This document shows positions 1-9,057 of a stretch of DNA of 64,000 nucleotides, piece after piece (the stretch's first letter is position 1; each line of letters begins with the position of its first letter). The notes under the pieces are model-generated. The model saw nothing but the letters and a program-made list of their open reading frames with translations. It searched no databases and was not told the origin of the DNA. The position numbers and the translations under genes were made by a program. Source of the stretch: a virus; IMG/VR virus record IMGVR_UViG_3300024264_001700, positions 1 to 64,000 of that record, one strand, 5' to 3'.

Positions 1-73
1 AAAGAAACTATTAAATATCAAACCTAAATGGGGTATTGACTTTAGTTTAGACTTTGTAACACACGAGATTGTT

Positions 74-304
74 ATGGAAGTAATACATATCGAACAAGAC
101 TTTGATAGTGTAGAAGAAGCATACGATGCAAAAGAACGTCTGGAAAATATTATTGATAATACAGACTGGTACGAAGGCGCTATTAAATTATGGAAGCGCA
201 AAGACGAATGGGAAAATCTAAGTTCTGATGACCATTCAGATTATAAAGCACAATTCTTTGGATGGGCTCGTGCTTTTGATAATAAAAAAGTATTTTCTAC
301 TTGA
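74..304 (+). CDS. hypothetical protein
   Basis: 76-aa ORF with ATG and weak GAG RBS; no recognisable motif. Confidence 0.6.
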   Translation: MEVIHIEQDFDSVEEAYDAKERLENIIDNTDWYEGAIKLWKRKDEWENLSSDDHSDYKAQFFGWARAFDNKKVFST

Positions 305-329
305 CATTAACCTAAATATATTATATACT
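301..329 (+). promoter_or_regulatory. sigma70-type promoter
   Basis: TTGACA(301-306)-17 bp-TATACT(324-329). Confidence 0.75.
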
Positions 330-353
330 ATAAGAAACAATGGAGATAATCTT

Positions 354-617
354 ATGAGTGATCGTACCTACGGTAATGAAGAAAAAGCCAAACTAGAACG
401 ACTAGTAAAAGAAGGCGTAACAGTACTACAAGAAATTGAAGACTTAAATGAAGGTTTAAAGGAAACTGTAAAGGCTGTTGCAGAAGAACTTAATGTAAAA
501 CCAAGTTTAATTAATAAAGCTATAAAAGTTGCAAAAAATCGTGACTGGGGCAAACATCAAGACGAGTTTGAAGATCTTGAAACTATCGTTGCTACTACAG
601 GATACGATAAAGATTAA
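354..617 (+). CDS. T4 DsbA-like dsDNA-binding protein
   Basis: GGAG RBS before ATG 354 (MSDRTYGNEE...); small helical protein with LKETVKAVAEELNVKPSLINKAIKVA pattern resembling phage DsbA; lies just upstream of the polymerase. Confidence 0.6.
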   Translation: MSDRTYGNEEKAKLERLVKEGVTVLQEIEDLNEGLKETVKAVAEELNVKPSLINKAIKVAKNRDWGKHQDEFEDLETIVATTGYDKD

Positions 618-2113
618 TGAAACTTTTAGGTTTAAGGCTTTGTGAACACGATAGTAATTTAACTTACTATGACGGTAATAGTCTTTACTATCACAAAACT
701 GAAAGATTTTATCAAAAAAAACATCATGCAGTAAATGATATCTTTAAATGGAAAGAAGAGATTCATAGAGCTTGGAAAATCACAGAATCAGATATTGATG
801 AAATTGCAATTATAGTCGACGCATGGAAATACGAAGATCGTGGATTTGATAGATTTTTCCCTGCAATTAACTGGAATTTTTTAAATACAAATATTCCTAC
901 AACAAGATTAAATCATCATTATGCACATGTTCTAAGTAATTATGAAGCTAGAAATATCACAGATGTATCTATTGTAATTGATGGCTATGGAGATTATGGT
1001 GTAGGACATACTGTTTTCAAAGATAATCTAGTAAAGGATATAGGAAATATACATACACACGGGTCTTTAGGTATAGAAATGTGTATGCTTGCAGAAAGTC
1101 TAGGAATTAAGGCTGGGCATTTTGTTGACCTAAGTGGTAAATTAATGGGACTACAATCTTTTGGAAAATTAGATAAAGAATTCTATAGTAATACTATTCG
1201 CAATTATGGAATGTTTAATCTAAGAGAATTATTTTCTTTCCAACGATGGGTTGAATATAAAAACAATGAAGTTCTTGCTACACATACTAAATTAGATTGG
1301 GTCAAGACTTTGCATGATGCCATTGGAGAAATTCTATTAAATTATTTTAAAAATTTTGCAAATAAAACAGATACAATTAACTATACAGGTGGAGTAGCAC
1401 AAAATGTAATATGGAATAGTAAAATTAGAGATTATTTTCCAAATTTAATCATTCCTCCACATTGTGCTGATGACGGTCTAAGTCTAGGTGCTGTAGAATA
1501 TTTAAGAATAAAAAATGGGATGTCTGAATTTAATTTAAATAATTTTCCATATTCACAAAATGACACATCAACTGATTGTGTATCAGACGAAATTATTGAA
1601 AAAGCTTCACAAGCATTAAGTGAAAATAAAGTTGTTGCATGGTATCAAAATAACGGTGAAATAGGTCCAAGAGCACTAGGAAATAGATCAATCTTAATTA
1701 ATGCTGCTGATAAATTTGCAAAAGAAAAAATTAATAGAATAAAAAATAGAGAACATTATAGACCTTTTGGTGCTACTGTGTTAGAAGATTGCAAGGATGA
1801 AATATTTTATGACTTAGGAAAAAATCCTTATATGTTATATGTAGGTAAAACAATTGACAAAGAAAAATACACTTCGATAACACACGTAGATGGTACTAGC
1901 AGAGCACAAACTATTACTGAAGATTTTAATAAATCTCTTTACAAATTAATGAAAAGATTTTATAATAAAACTAATATTCCTGTAGTTTTAAATACTAGTT
2001 TAAATATTGCAGGTAACCCGATTGCAAGTACAACACAAGAAGCTATTACTTTATTCGAAAATTCAGATATAGACGTATTAGTTATAGGAAATGAATATTA
2101 TGAAAAAAATTAA
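617..2113 (+). CDS. carbamoyltransferase (NodU/CmcH family)
   Basis: HD near N-terminus, HHYAH, IDGYGD, GKLMGL, TGGVAQN, GPRALGNRS, KNREHYRPFG, HVDGTSRAQT, LNTSLN motifs. Confidence 0.93.
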   Translation: MKLLGLRLCEHDSNLTYYDGNSLYYHKTERFYQKKHHAVNDIFKWKEEIHRAWKITESDIDEIAIIVDAWKYEDRGFDRFFPAINWNFLNTNIPTTRLNHHYAHVLSNYEARNITDVSIVIDGYGDYGVGHTVFKDNLVKDIGNIHTHGSLGIEMCMLAESLGIKAGHFVDLSGKLMGLQSFGKLDKEFYSNTIRNYGMFNLRELFSFQRWVEYKNNEVLATHTKLDWVKTLHDAIGEILLNYFKNFANKTDTINYTGGVAQNVIWNSKIRDYFPNLIIPPHCADDGLSLGAVEYLRIKNGMSEFNLNNFPYSQNDTSTDCVSDEIIEKASQALSENKVVAWYQNNGEIGPRALGNRSILINAADKFAKEKINRIKNREHYRPFGATVLEDCKDEIFYDLGKNPYMLYVGKTIDKEKYTSITHVDGTSRAQTITEDFNKSLYKLMKRFYNKTNIPVVLNTSLNIAGNPIASTTQEAITLFENSDIDVLVIGNEYYEKN

Positions 2114-2198
2114 AGACTTTTTGTAATATATACATATAGAGTCGTTCACTTACGAGCAGGTAGAAGGTTAGTTGGCCATAAGCAACAAAGGAGAATAA

Positions 2199-4868
2199 AT
2201 GAGTTATGTAGACGCTTTTTTCGATCGAGGTCAAGATATTATTCGAGTTGTCGAAAGAAAAGATGGTAAAAGAGAATATCAAGAGTATAATGCAAAATAT
2301 ACTTTTTATTATAAAGACGAACGAGGCAAGTACAAAAGTGTGTACGGCGATCCTCTAAGTCGTATTGTATGTAAGAACACAAAAGACTTCCGCAAAGAAG
2401 TTGCTATTAACAGAGATAAGACGCTTTTTGAAAGTGATATTAATCCTATCTTTCAATGTTTGTCGGCAAATTATCTTAATCAAGATGCTCCTAAACTAAA
2501 CATTGCTTTTTTCGATATTGAGACAGACTTTGACCCAGAGCGTGGATTCGCTGATCCTGCTGATCCGTTTATGCCTATTACAAGTATAAGTGTATACTTG
2601 CAGTGGATGGAAACAATGATATGTTTAGCAGTGCCTCCCAAAACACTTACTATGGAGCAAGCTGAAAAAGAACTAGAAGGCATTGAAAATGTAATGCTGT
2701 TTGAAAAAGAAGGTGACATGATTGACACGTTCTTAACACTAATTGAAGATGCTGATATTTTATCAGGTTGGAACAGTGAAGGTTATGATATTCCATATAC
2801 TGTTAACAGAACAAGTCGTGTACTAAGCAAAGACGACACACGTAGATTTTGTCTGTGGGGGCAATTGCCTAAGAAACGTGAATATGAAAAGTATGGGAAG
2901 CAAGCGGTTACGTTTGACCTAATAGGTCGTGTACATTTAGACAGTTTAGAACTATATCGTAAGTACACATATGAAGAACGTCATACATATCGATTAGATG
3001 CTATTGGTGAAATTGAAGTAGGCGAAAACAAGGTGCCATATGAAGGTACACTTGATCAATTATACAACAACGACTTCCGTAAGTTTATTGAATATAACAT
3101 TCAGGATACTGCACTACTTGACAAGTTAGACAAAAAACTACGTTTTATTGACTTGAGTAACACTGTTGCACACGAAAACACTGTGCTATTACAGACTACA
3201 ATGGGTGCTGTTGCTGTTACAGAACAAGGTATTGTTAACGAAGCACATAACAGAGGTTTACAAGTTCCTAATAGACGTCCACGTGACGATACAGAAAATA
3301 CACAAGCTGCTGGTGCTTATGTTGCGTTTCCAAAGAAAGGTGTGCATAAATGGGTTGCTAGTATGGACTTAAACAGTCTATATCCGAGTGTAATTCGTGC
3401 ATTAAATATGGCTCCAGAGACTATTGTAGGACAAATACGTCCTGAGATATCCGAGGCCCGAGTACACGAAGACATGAATCTTAAGAAGAAAAGCTTTGCA
3501 GGTAGCTGGGAAGGACGCTTTAGTACTGAAGAATACGAAGCAGTTATGGAGAAACGCAGAGATATTTCGTTAACTGTTGACTGGGAAGACGGGCGTACAG
3601 ATGTACTAAGTGGCGCCGAGTTGTATCAAGTTATTTTTGATAGTCACATGCCGTGGATGATCAGTGCTAATGGCACTATCTTTACAATGGAAAATGAAGG
3701 TGTTATTCCAGGACTACTAAAGCGTTGGTATGCTGAACGTAAAGACATGCAGAAGATGCTAAAGAAAGCAAAAGACGCAGGTAACAAGGCAGAAATTGAA
3801 TACTGGGACAAACGACAGCTGGTTAAGAAGATTAACTTGAACAGTTTGTATGGCGCTATTCTTAATCCAGGCTGTAGATTCTTCGATAAACGCATCGGAC
3901 AATCAACTACACTGACTGGACGTACTATTGTTAAACACATGAGTGCCGAAGTTAATAAAACTATTACAGGCGAGTATAATCATGTAGGCGAGGCAATGAT
4001 ATACGGCGATACTGACTCTTGTTACTTTAGTGCATGGCCAATACTTAAAGATGATGTTAACAATGGTAAACTTGAATGGTCTAAAGAAAAATGTATTATA
4101 CTCATGGATCAAGTATGCGAACAGGCAAACACAACATTTCCAAAGTTTATGGCAGAAGCATTTCACTGTCCAAAAACCCGTAGTGATGTTATTGCAGCAG
4201 GTAGAGAAATTGTAGCACAGTCTGGATTGTATATTACTAAGAAACGTTATGCAGCATTAGTAATTGATAATGAAGGCTTTAGGACTGACGATGATGGTGT
4301 AGGCAAAGTAAAAGCAATGGGCCTAGACTTGCGTAGATCAGATACACCTGTGTTCATGCAGGACTTCTTGAAAGAACTACTGCTAATGGTACTAACAGAT
4401 GTTCCGCAACAACAAGTACTAGATCGTATTACAGAATTCCGCAAGGAGTTTAGTGCAAGACCTGGTTGGGAGAAAGGATCTCCTAAACGTGCAAACAAAG
4501 TTGGACATTATCAGAGACTAGAAGAAAAACAAGGCAAGGCAAATATGCCCGGGCATGTTCGTGCAAGTCTCAATTGGAATACACTAAAGCGTATGAATGG
4601 TGACAAGTACTCGCAAGAGATTGTAGATGGTATGAAAGTTATTGTTTGTAAACTTAAACAGAATCCACTAGGATATACAAGTGTTGCATATCCTACAGAC
4701 GAACTGCGTATTCCGGAATGGTTTAAAGAACTGCCGTTTGACGATTCAGCAATGGCAGAAACTATTATTGATAACAAACTAGATAACTTGATTGGCGTGC
4801 TTAACTATCCATTAGAGGATACTAAATCACACACTACATTTGGTAGTCTATTTGAATTCGGAGATTAA
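2199..4868 (+). CDS. polB: family B DNA polymerase (gp43-like)
   Basis: Exo DIET and WNSEGYD; DLNSLYPS, KINLNSLYG, YGDTDS, KKRYA; AAGGAG RBS. Confidence 0.97.
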   Translation: MSYVDAFFDRGQDIIRVVERKDGKREYQEYNAKYTFYYKDERGKYKSVYGDPLSRIVCKNTKDFRKEVAINRDKTLFESDINPIFQCLSANYLNQDAPKLNIAFFDIETDFDPERGFADPADPFMPITSISVYLQWMETMICLAVPPKTLTMEQAEKELEGIENVMLFEKEGDMIDTFLTLIEDADILSGWNSEGYDIPYTVNRTSRVLSKDDTRRFCLWGQLPKKREYEKYGKQAVTFDLIGRVHLDSLELYRKYTYEERHTYRLDAIGEIEVGENKVPYEGTLDQLYNNDFRKFIEYNIQDTALLDKLDKKLRFIDLSNTVAHENTVLLQTTMGAVAVTEQGIVNEAHNRGLQVPNRRPRDDTENTQAAGAYVAFPKKGVHKWVASMDLNSLYPSVIRALNMAPETIVGQIRPEISEARVHEDMNLKKKSFAGSWEGRFSTEEYEAVMEKRRDISLTVDWEDGRTDVLSGAELYQVIFDSHMPWMISANGTIFTMENEGVIPGLLKRWYAERKDMQKMLKKAKDAGNKAEIEYWDKRQLVKKINLNSLYGAILNPGCRFFDKRIGQSTTLTGRTIVKHMSAEVNKTITGEYNHVGEAMIYGDTDSCYFSAWPILKDDVNNGKLEWSKEKCIILMDQVCEQANTTFPKFMAEAFHCPKTRSDVIAAGREIVAQSGLYITKKRYAALVIDNEGFRTDDDGVGKVKAMGLDLRRSDTPVFMQDFLKELLLMVLTDVPQQQVLDRITEFRKEFSARPGWEKGSPKRANKVGHYQRLEEKQGKANMPGHVRASLNWNTLKRMNGDKYSQEIVDGMKVIVCKLKQNPLGYTSVAYPTDELRIPEWFKELPFDDSAMAETIIDNKLDNLIGVLNYPLEDTKSHTTFGSLFEFGD

Positions 4869-4869
4869 A

Positions 4870-5289
4870 ATGAAAATCGGTTTTACATGTTCAACCTTTG
4901 ATTTATTACATGCTGGACATATACAAATGTTACGTGAAGCAAAAGGACAATGTGATTATCTTATATGCGGATTACAAACAGATCCTAGTGTAGATAGGCC
5001 AGAAAAAAATCCACCAGTGCAGACTATTGTAGAAAGATACACACAGTTAAAAGGTGTAAGCTATGTAGATGAGATTATTCCTTATGGTACCGAACAAGAC
5101 CTAAATGATATCTTGACAATGTACAATATTGATGTTAGAATATTAGGTGAAGAGTATCGTGAAAAGGATTTTACGGGCAAGGATATTTGCAAGAAGCGGG
5201 GTATCCAGCTACACTTTAACAAAAGAGATCACCGCTTCTCATCCAGTGATTTGCGTAAAAGAGTCACAGAAAGAGAAACAAATGGATAG
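4870..5289 (+). CDS. cytidylyltransferase (TagD/glycerol-3-phosphate CT-like)
   Basis: TFDLLHAGH (HxGH) motif and C-terminal RFSSSDLR; start refined to ATG 4870. Confidence 0.88.
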   Translation: MKIGFTCSTFDLLHAGHIQMLREAKGQCDYLICGLQTDPSVDRPEKNPPVQTIVERYTQLKGVSYVDEIIPYGTEQDLNDILTMYNIDVRILGEEYREKDFTGKDICKKRGIQLHFNKRDHRFSSSDLRKRVTERETNG

Positions 5290-5422
5290 ACAAACTGACC
5301 CTACTGCCCAAGAGCTAAGAAAAATTTTTGTAGAAAATCAACTAGAGTTTTTTATTAAAGAAGAAACTAAAGGTATTATCAAAGTACACTTTATAATAAA
5401 CACTGACGAAAAGGATATTTAA
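5282..5422 (+). CDS. small hypothetical protein (46 aa)
   Basis: MDRQTDPTAQELRK...; overlaps upstream stop, tightly packed. Confidence 0.5.
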   Translation: MDRQTDPTAQELRKIFVENQLEFFIKEETKGIIKVHFIINTDEKDI

Positions 5423-5602
5423 ATGACTGACGGACCTTTTAAGAACGCATTTGATGCAGATACTAACGGCGTAGTGCGTCGTGAGATTGTAACATATCGT
5501 ATGAAGAACGGTATTATGGTCAAAGAAGAAGCATGTCGTGATTATTATAAAAGTGGTGATTATCATGATAGTCAAAGTACACAGCCACTAGTGGAGAGAT
5601 AA
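5423..5602 (+). CDS. small hypothetical protein (59 aa, not in ORF track)
   Basis: AAGGA RBS, MTDGPFKNAFDADTNGVVRREIVTYRMKNG...VER*, read by hand. Confidence 0.65.
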   Translation: MTDGPFKNAFDADTNGVVRREIVTYRMKNGIMVKEEACRDYYKSGDYHDSQSTQPLVER

Positions 5603-5603
5603 T

Positions 5604-5762
5604 ATGTGGACACTTTGGATCGTAAGTAGCGTTATTGGTAGCACAGAACCTAAATACACTCGTTACGAAGAGTTTGAAACTAGTACGAGCTGTCATATTG
5701 AACAGGCTGTACTAGAAACAGAATTTATACAACACGAAAAGGCATTTTGCATAAATGAATAA
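5604..5762 (+). CDS. small hypothetical protein (52 aa, not in ORF track)
   Basis: GGAG RBS, MWTLWIVSSVIGSTEPKY...CINE*, overlaps the next start. Confidence 0.55.
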   Translation: MWTLWIVSSVIGSTEPKYTRYEEFETSTSCHIEQAVLETEFIQHEKAFCINE

Positions 5763-6453
5763 ATTTATTTTTGATGTAGACGGTACACTTACTCCTAGTA
5801 GAAGATTAATGGATGCAGAATTTAAGTCTTACTTTTTAAAAGTTATAGAACAGTTTGATGTGTTTCTTGTAACAGGAAGCGATTATGCTAAAACAGTAGA
5901 ACAATGTGGTCAAGATATTTGCGAGTCAGTAAATGCAGTATATAATTGTAGCGGAAGTGAAAAGTGGATATCAGGAGAATGTGTAGTAACTACTGAATGG
6001 ATGATGGAACGGCAGCCTTTTCAATGGTTAGAAAAAAGACTACAATATAGTAAATTTCCGTTGCGTACTGGAAATCATTACGAACACAGAACTGGCATGA
6101 TGAACTTTAGTATTGTAGGAAGAAATGCAAATAAAAAACAAAGACAACAATATGTAGAATGGGATACTAAAGTAGGTGAACGAAATCTAATTGCAGATAA
6201 GTTTAACGAATTTTGGTTAGACCTTGAAGCAAGGCCAGGTGGTGAAACAGGAATTGATATAGGTCCAAAAGGTTCTAATAAATCTCAAATATTAAAAGAT
6301 TTTAATCAAACTGATAATTTAATCTTTTTTGGAGATCGCATGGACGAACAAGGTAACGATTTTCCGTTATCTAATGCTATTGTACATGGAGTAAATCATC
6401 ATGTAAGTGATTGGCAAGATACAATGAAGATACTACAGGAGAATTATTTATGA
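5755..6453 (+). CDS. HAD-IIB phosphomannomutase-like phosphatase/mutase
   Basis: FDVDGTLT, VTGSD, GMMNFSIVGRNA, FFGDRMDEQGNDFP as in eukaryote-type PMM. Confidence 0.85.
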   Translation: MNKFIFDVDGTLTPSRRLMDAEFKSYFLKVIEQFDVFLVTGSDYAKTVEQCGQDICESVNAVYNCSGSEKWISGECVVTTEWMMERQPFQWLEKRLQYSKFPLRTGNHYEHRTGMMNFSIVGRNANKKQRQQYVEWDTKVGERNLIADKFNEFWLDLEARPGGETGIDIGPKGSNKSQILKDFNQTDNLIFFGDRMDEQGNDFPLSNAIVHGVNHHVSDWQDTMKILQENYL

Positions 6454-7205
6454 AACTAGGAATTGCAGGATATGGATTTGTAGGCAAAGCACATCATGAA
6501 TTTTTTAAAAATTGTAACGATGTAGTAATCACTGATCCAGCATATGATAATTTATTAGATAAATTTCCTACAGATGTATCAGCTATAATAATATGTGTTG
6601 CAACTCCGCAAGACAAAGATGGAAGTTGTTATATACAAAATATATTAGATGTAATTGAGAAATCACCAAATGTACCTTTCTTGATTAAATCAACATTAAG
6701 CTTAGAAGGTTGGAATAAAATTAAAGAACATTATCCAAATGCAAGTCTAACATTTTCCCCAGAATTTTTAAGAGCAGAAACTGCTGTAAATGACTTTTTA
6801 AAGACAAAGGTATTTTTACTAGGAGGTGACGACATAGGCTTTTGGAAAACAGTTTTTGCAAACACAAATAAAGATTTACAATTTGAAGAATACAGTGCCG
6901 AAGAACTTATACTAACAAAATATGTTAGAAATAGTTTTTTAGCATTAAAAGTAGCATTTTTTAATCAAATATACGATTTGTGTCAAGCATCTAATATTGA
7001 TTACAACAATGTTACTAAAGGCGTGACTCAAGATAATAGAATAGGTAGTAGTCATACTACAATTACTAAGCAACGAGGTTTTGGAGGACATTGTTTTCCA
7101 AAAGATACAAGTGCTATTTGTCATACAGCACATAATAAATATGGAGTAAATTTGAGTATATTAGAAAAAGCAATAGAATATAATACTCAAATAAGAAAAA
7201 AATAA
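6450..7205 (+). CDS. UDP-glucose/GDP-mannose dehydrogenase family protein (short form)
   Basis: GYGFVG, ICVATP, IKST, SPEFLR, GFGGHCFPKD; C-terminal UDP-binding domain absent. Confidence 0.88.
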   Translation: MKLGIAGYGFVGKAHHEFFKNCNDVVITDPAYDNLLDKFPTDVSAIIICVATPQDKDGSCYIQNILDVIEKSPNVPFLIKSTLSLEGWNKIKEHYPNASLTFSPEFLRAETAVNDFLKTKVFLLGGDDIGFWKTVFANTNKDLQFEEYSAEELILTKYVRNSFLALKVAFFNQIYDLCQASNIDYNNVTKGVTQDNRIGSSHTTITKQRGFGGHCFPKDTSAICHTAHNKYGVNLSILEKAIEYNTQIRKK

Positions 7206-7966
7206 TGAAAATTTTATTAACTGGACATCGAGGATTTATTGGTAGTGCATTATTAGAACGTCTTCGTAAAAATAATCAAGTAATCGGTTTTGATTTAAAA
7301 GACAGTGCAGACCAAAATTTATTACATTGCGACTTTAGAGAAGAATTTGATTTAATTATTCACCTGGCTGGTAAAAGCGGAGTGCGTGAAAGTTTTACAG
7401 ATCCTGCAGGATATTGGAACAACAACGTAGAAGCAACACGTAGACTGTTTGAACGCTATCCTGATACACGTATACTATACGCGAGCAGTTCGAGTGCTTA
7501 CGAGCCCGATTTGAACCCTTATGCTGCAAGTAAGTACATCATGGAAGAGCTTGCTGAACGTTATCCTGACACACTAGGTATGCGTTTTCATACAGTGTAC
7601 AGTGATAATTGTCCTAGAGAGAACATGTTCTTTAACAAACTGCGTAGCGGCACACTAGAATATATTACTAGACACTATAGAGATTTTATTCATCTTGAAG
7701 ACGTATTAGATGCAATTGAGATACTGATACAAAAAGATCATATCAATGGTACAATTGATATTGGTACGGGGCATCCTGTTAGGATCCAAGACTTAGCACC
7801 AGATCTACCGGTGCGTCTAAATACCCCGGGAGAGCGGAACTGGACTTGTGCTAACACAGAAAAAATGAAGGCACTTGGATTTAAACCTAAATACTCAGTA
7901 GAAAAGTTCTTGACAAACACCGATTTAGGTAATATAATAAAACTACACAATGGAGAAACAGTATGA
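7205..7966 (+). CDS. NAD-dependent epimerase/dehydratase
   Basis: TGHRGFIG, HLAG, ASSSS, YAASK (YxxxK), RDFIH. Confidence 0.9.
   Translation: MKILLTGHRGFIGSALLERLRKNNQVIGFDLKDSADQNLLHCDFREEFDLIIHLAGKSGVRESFTDPAGYWNNNVEATRRLFERYPDTRILYASSSSAYEPDLNPYAASKYIMEELAERYPDTLGMRFHTVYSDNCPRENMFFNKLRSGTLEYITRHYRDFIHLEDVLDAIEILIQKDHINGTIDIGTGHPVRIQDLAPDLPVRLNTPGERNWTCANTEKMKALGFKPKYSVEKFLTNTDLGNIIKLHNGETV
7910..7938 (+). promoter_or_regulatory. sigma70-type promoter
   Basis: TTGACA(7910-7915)-17 bp-TATAAT(7933-7938), perfect consensus. Confidence 0.8.
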
Positions 7967-8697
7967 AAGACATCCTACAAGATATTGTAGCACACACGCA
8001 CTCGCTAGGCTTTTTAAGTATTGTAAAAGTTTCAGGCGAAAACGAAACAACAATTGATTCAATGGCAGAAGATCGTTCTGTTATTTTAAGTGCAACAACA
8101 AACCATAAGATTGCAGACGGTACATTTGGTATGCCTAACTTAGAAAAGTTAGCACTACATTTAAAAAATCCAGAATATCAAAAAGATGCAAAAATTGAAG
8201 TAGTACAAGCAGATCGCAATGGCGAAACTATTCCAACACACATTCATTTTGAAAACAACGCTGGTGATTTCCAAAATGATTATCGCTTTATGAATAAAGC
8301 AATTATCGAAGAGAAATTGAAGACTGTAAAGTTTAAAGGTGCAAGTTGGAATGTAAGTATTAATCCGAGCATCGGTGCTATCGGACGTATGAAGTTGCAA
8401 AGTGCAGCACATTCAGAAGAACCTACGTTTAACGTAACAACTGCTGAAACAGGCGGAGTAACTGATCTTGTGTTTAGTTTTGGCGATGCAAGTACACACG
8501 CAGGTAAATTTGTATTCGAGGCTGCTGTAGAAGGCAATCTAGCTCACACATGGAGTTGGCCAGTATCGCAAGTACAAGCAATTCTTGGATTAAGTGGTGA
8601 TAAAACTATGAGTATTTCAGATCAAGGCGCAATGCAAATTAGTGTTGATAGCGGTATGGCAACTTATGACTATATTCTGCCTGCGCAGAGTAAGTAA
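7963..8697 (+). CDS. probable sliding clamp / polymerase processivity factor
   Basis: 244 aa, beta-rich, C-terminal YDYILPAQ resembling gp45/PCNA ends; replication context. Confidence 0.55.
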   Translation: MKDILQDIVAHTHSLGFLSIVKVSGENETTIDSMAEDRSVILSATTNHKIADGTFGMPNLEKLALHLKNPEYQKDAKIEVVQADRNGETIPTHIHFENNAGDFQNDYRFMNKAIIEEKLKTVKFKGASWNVSINPSIGAIGRMKLQSAAHSEEPTFNVTTAETGGVTDLVFSFGDASTHAGKFVFEAAVEGNLAHTWSWPVSQVQAILGLSGDKTMSISDQGAMQISVDSGMATYDYILPAQSK

Positions 8698-8700
8698 TTT

Positions 8701-9057
8701 ATGACATCGGATCAAATAACATTTGCAATATTAAGTTGGCTAGCGTTAACTAGTTTCATTTACACTGTTACTGGTTGGCGCAATATTATAGACTGTTACA
8801 AACTTTGGTTTACTAGAGCATATTGGACAAATTATAATATTATTGAAGCAGCTAGCTGGATTGCTAAAGCTATTATTATCATTCCGGCACTTATATTTGG
8901 CATTAATATTTGGCAACTATATTTTATTGCACTTTTTACTAGTCTATCCCTTATATGGGCAAGTAATAAAAAACTTTTACCTACACTCGTTGGCTTTAAC
9001 ACTTTGTGGATTTGGTTAAGTATGATGGTAATTTCACAGAATTTAATAGGAAATTAA
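8701..9057 (+). CDS. small membrane protein
   Basis: 3-4 hydrophobic Trp-rich segments. Confidence 0.7.
   Translation: MTSDQITFAILSWLALTSFIYTVTGWRNIIDCYKLWFTRAYWTNYNIIEAASWIAKAIIIIPALIFGINIWQLYFIALFTSLSLIWASNKKLLPTLVGFNTLWIWLSMMVISQNLIGN

Noticed and set aside
2480-4777. Several antisense and out-of-frame ORFs inside polB (and similar ones across the window)
   Set aside because: Shadow ORFs of strongly supported genes; no RBS and no motifs
2199-4868. Intein or intron in the DNA polymerase
   Set aside because: 889 aa with contiguous PolB motifs; no splicing or homing endonuclease motifs
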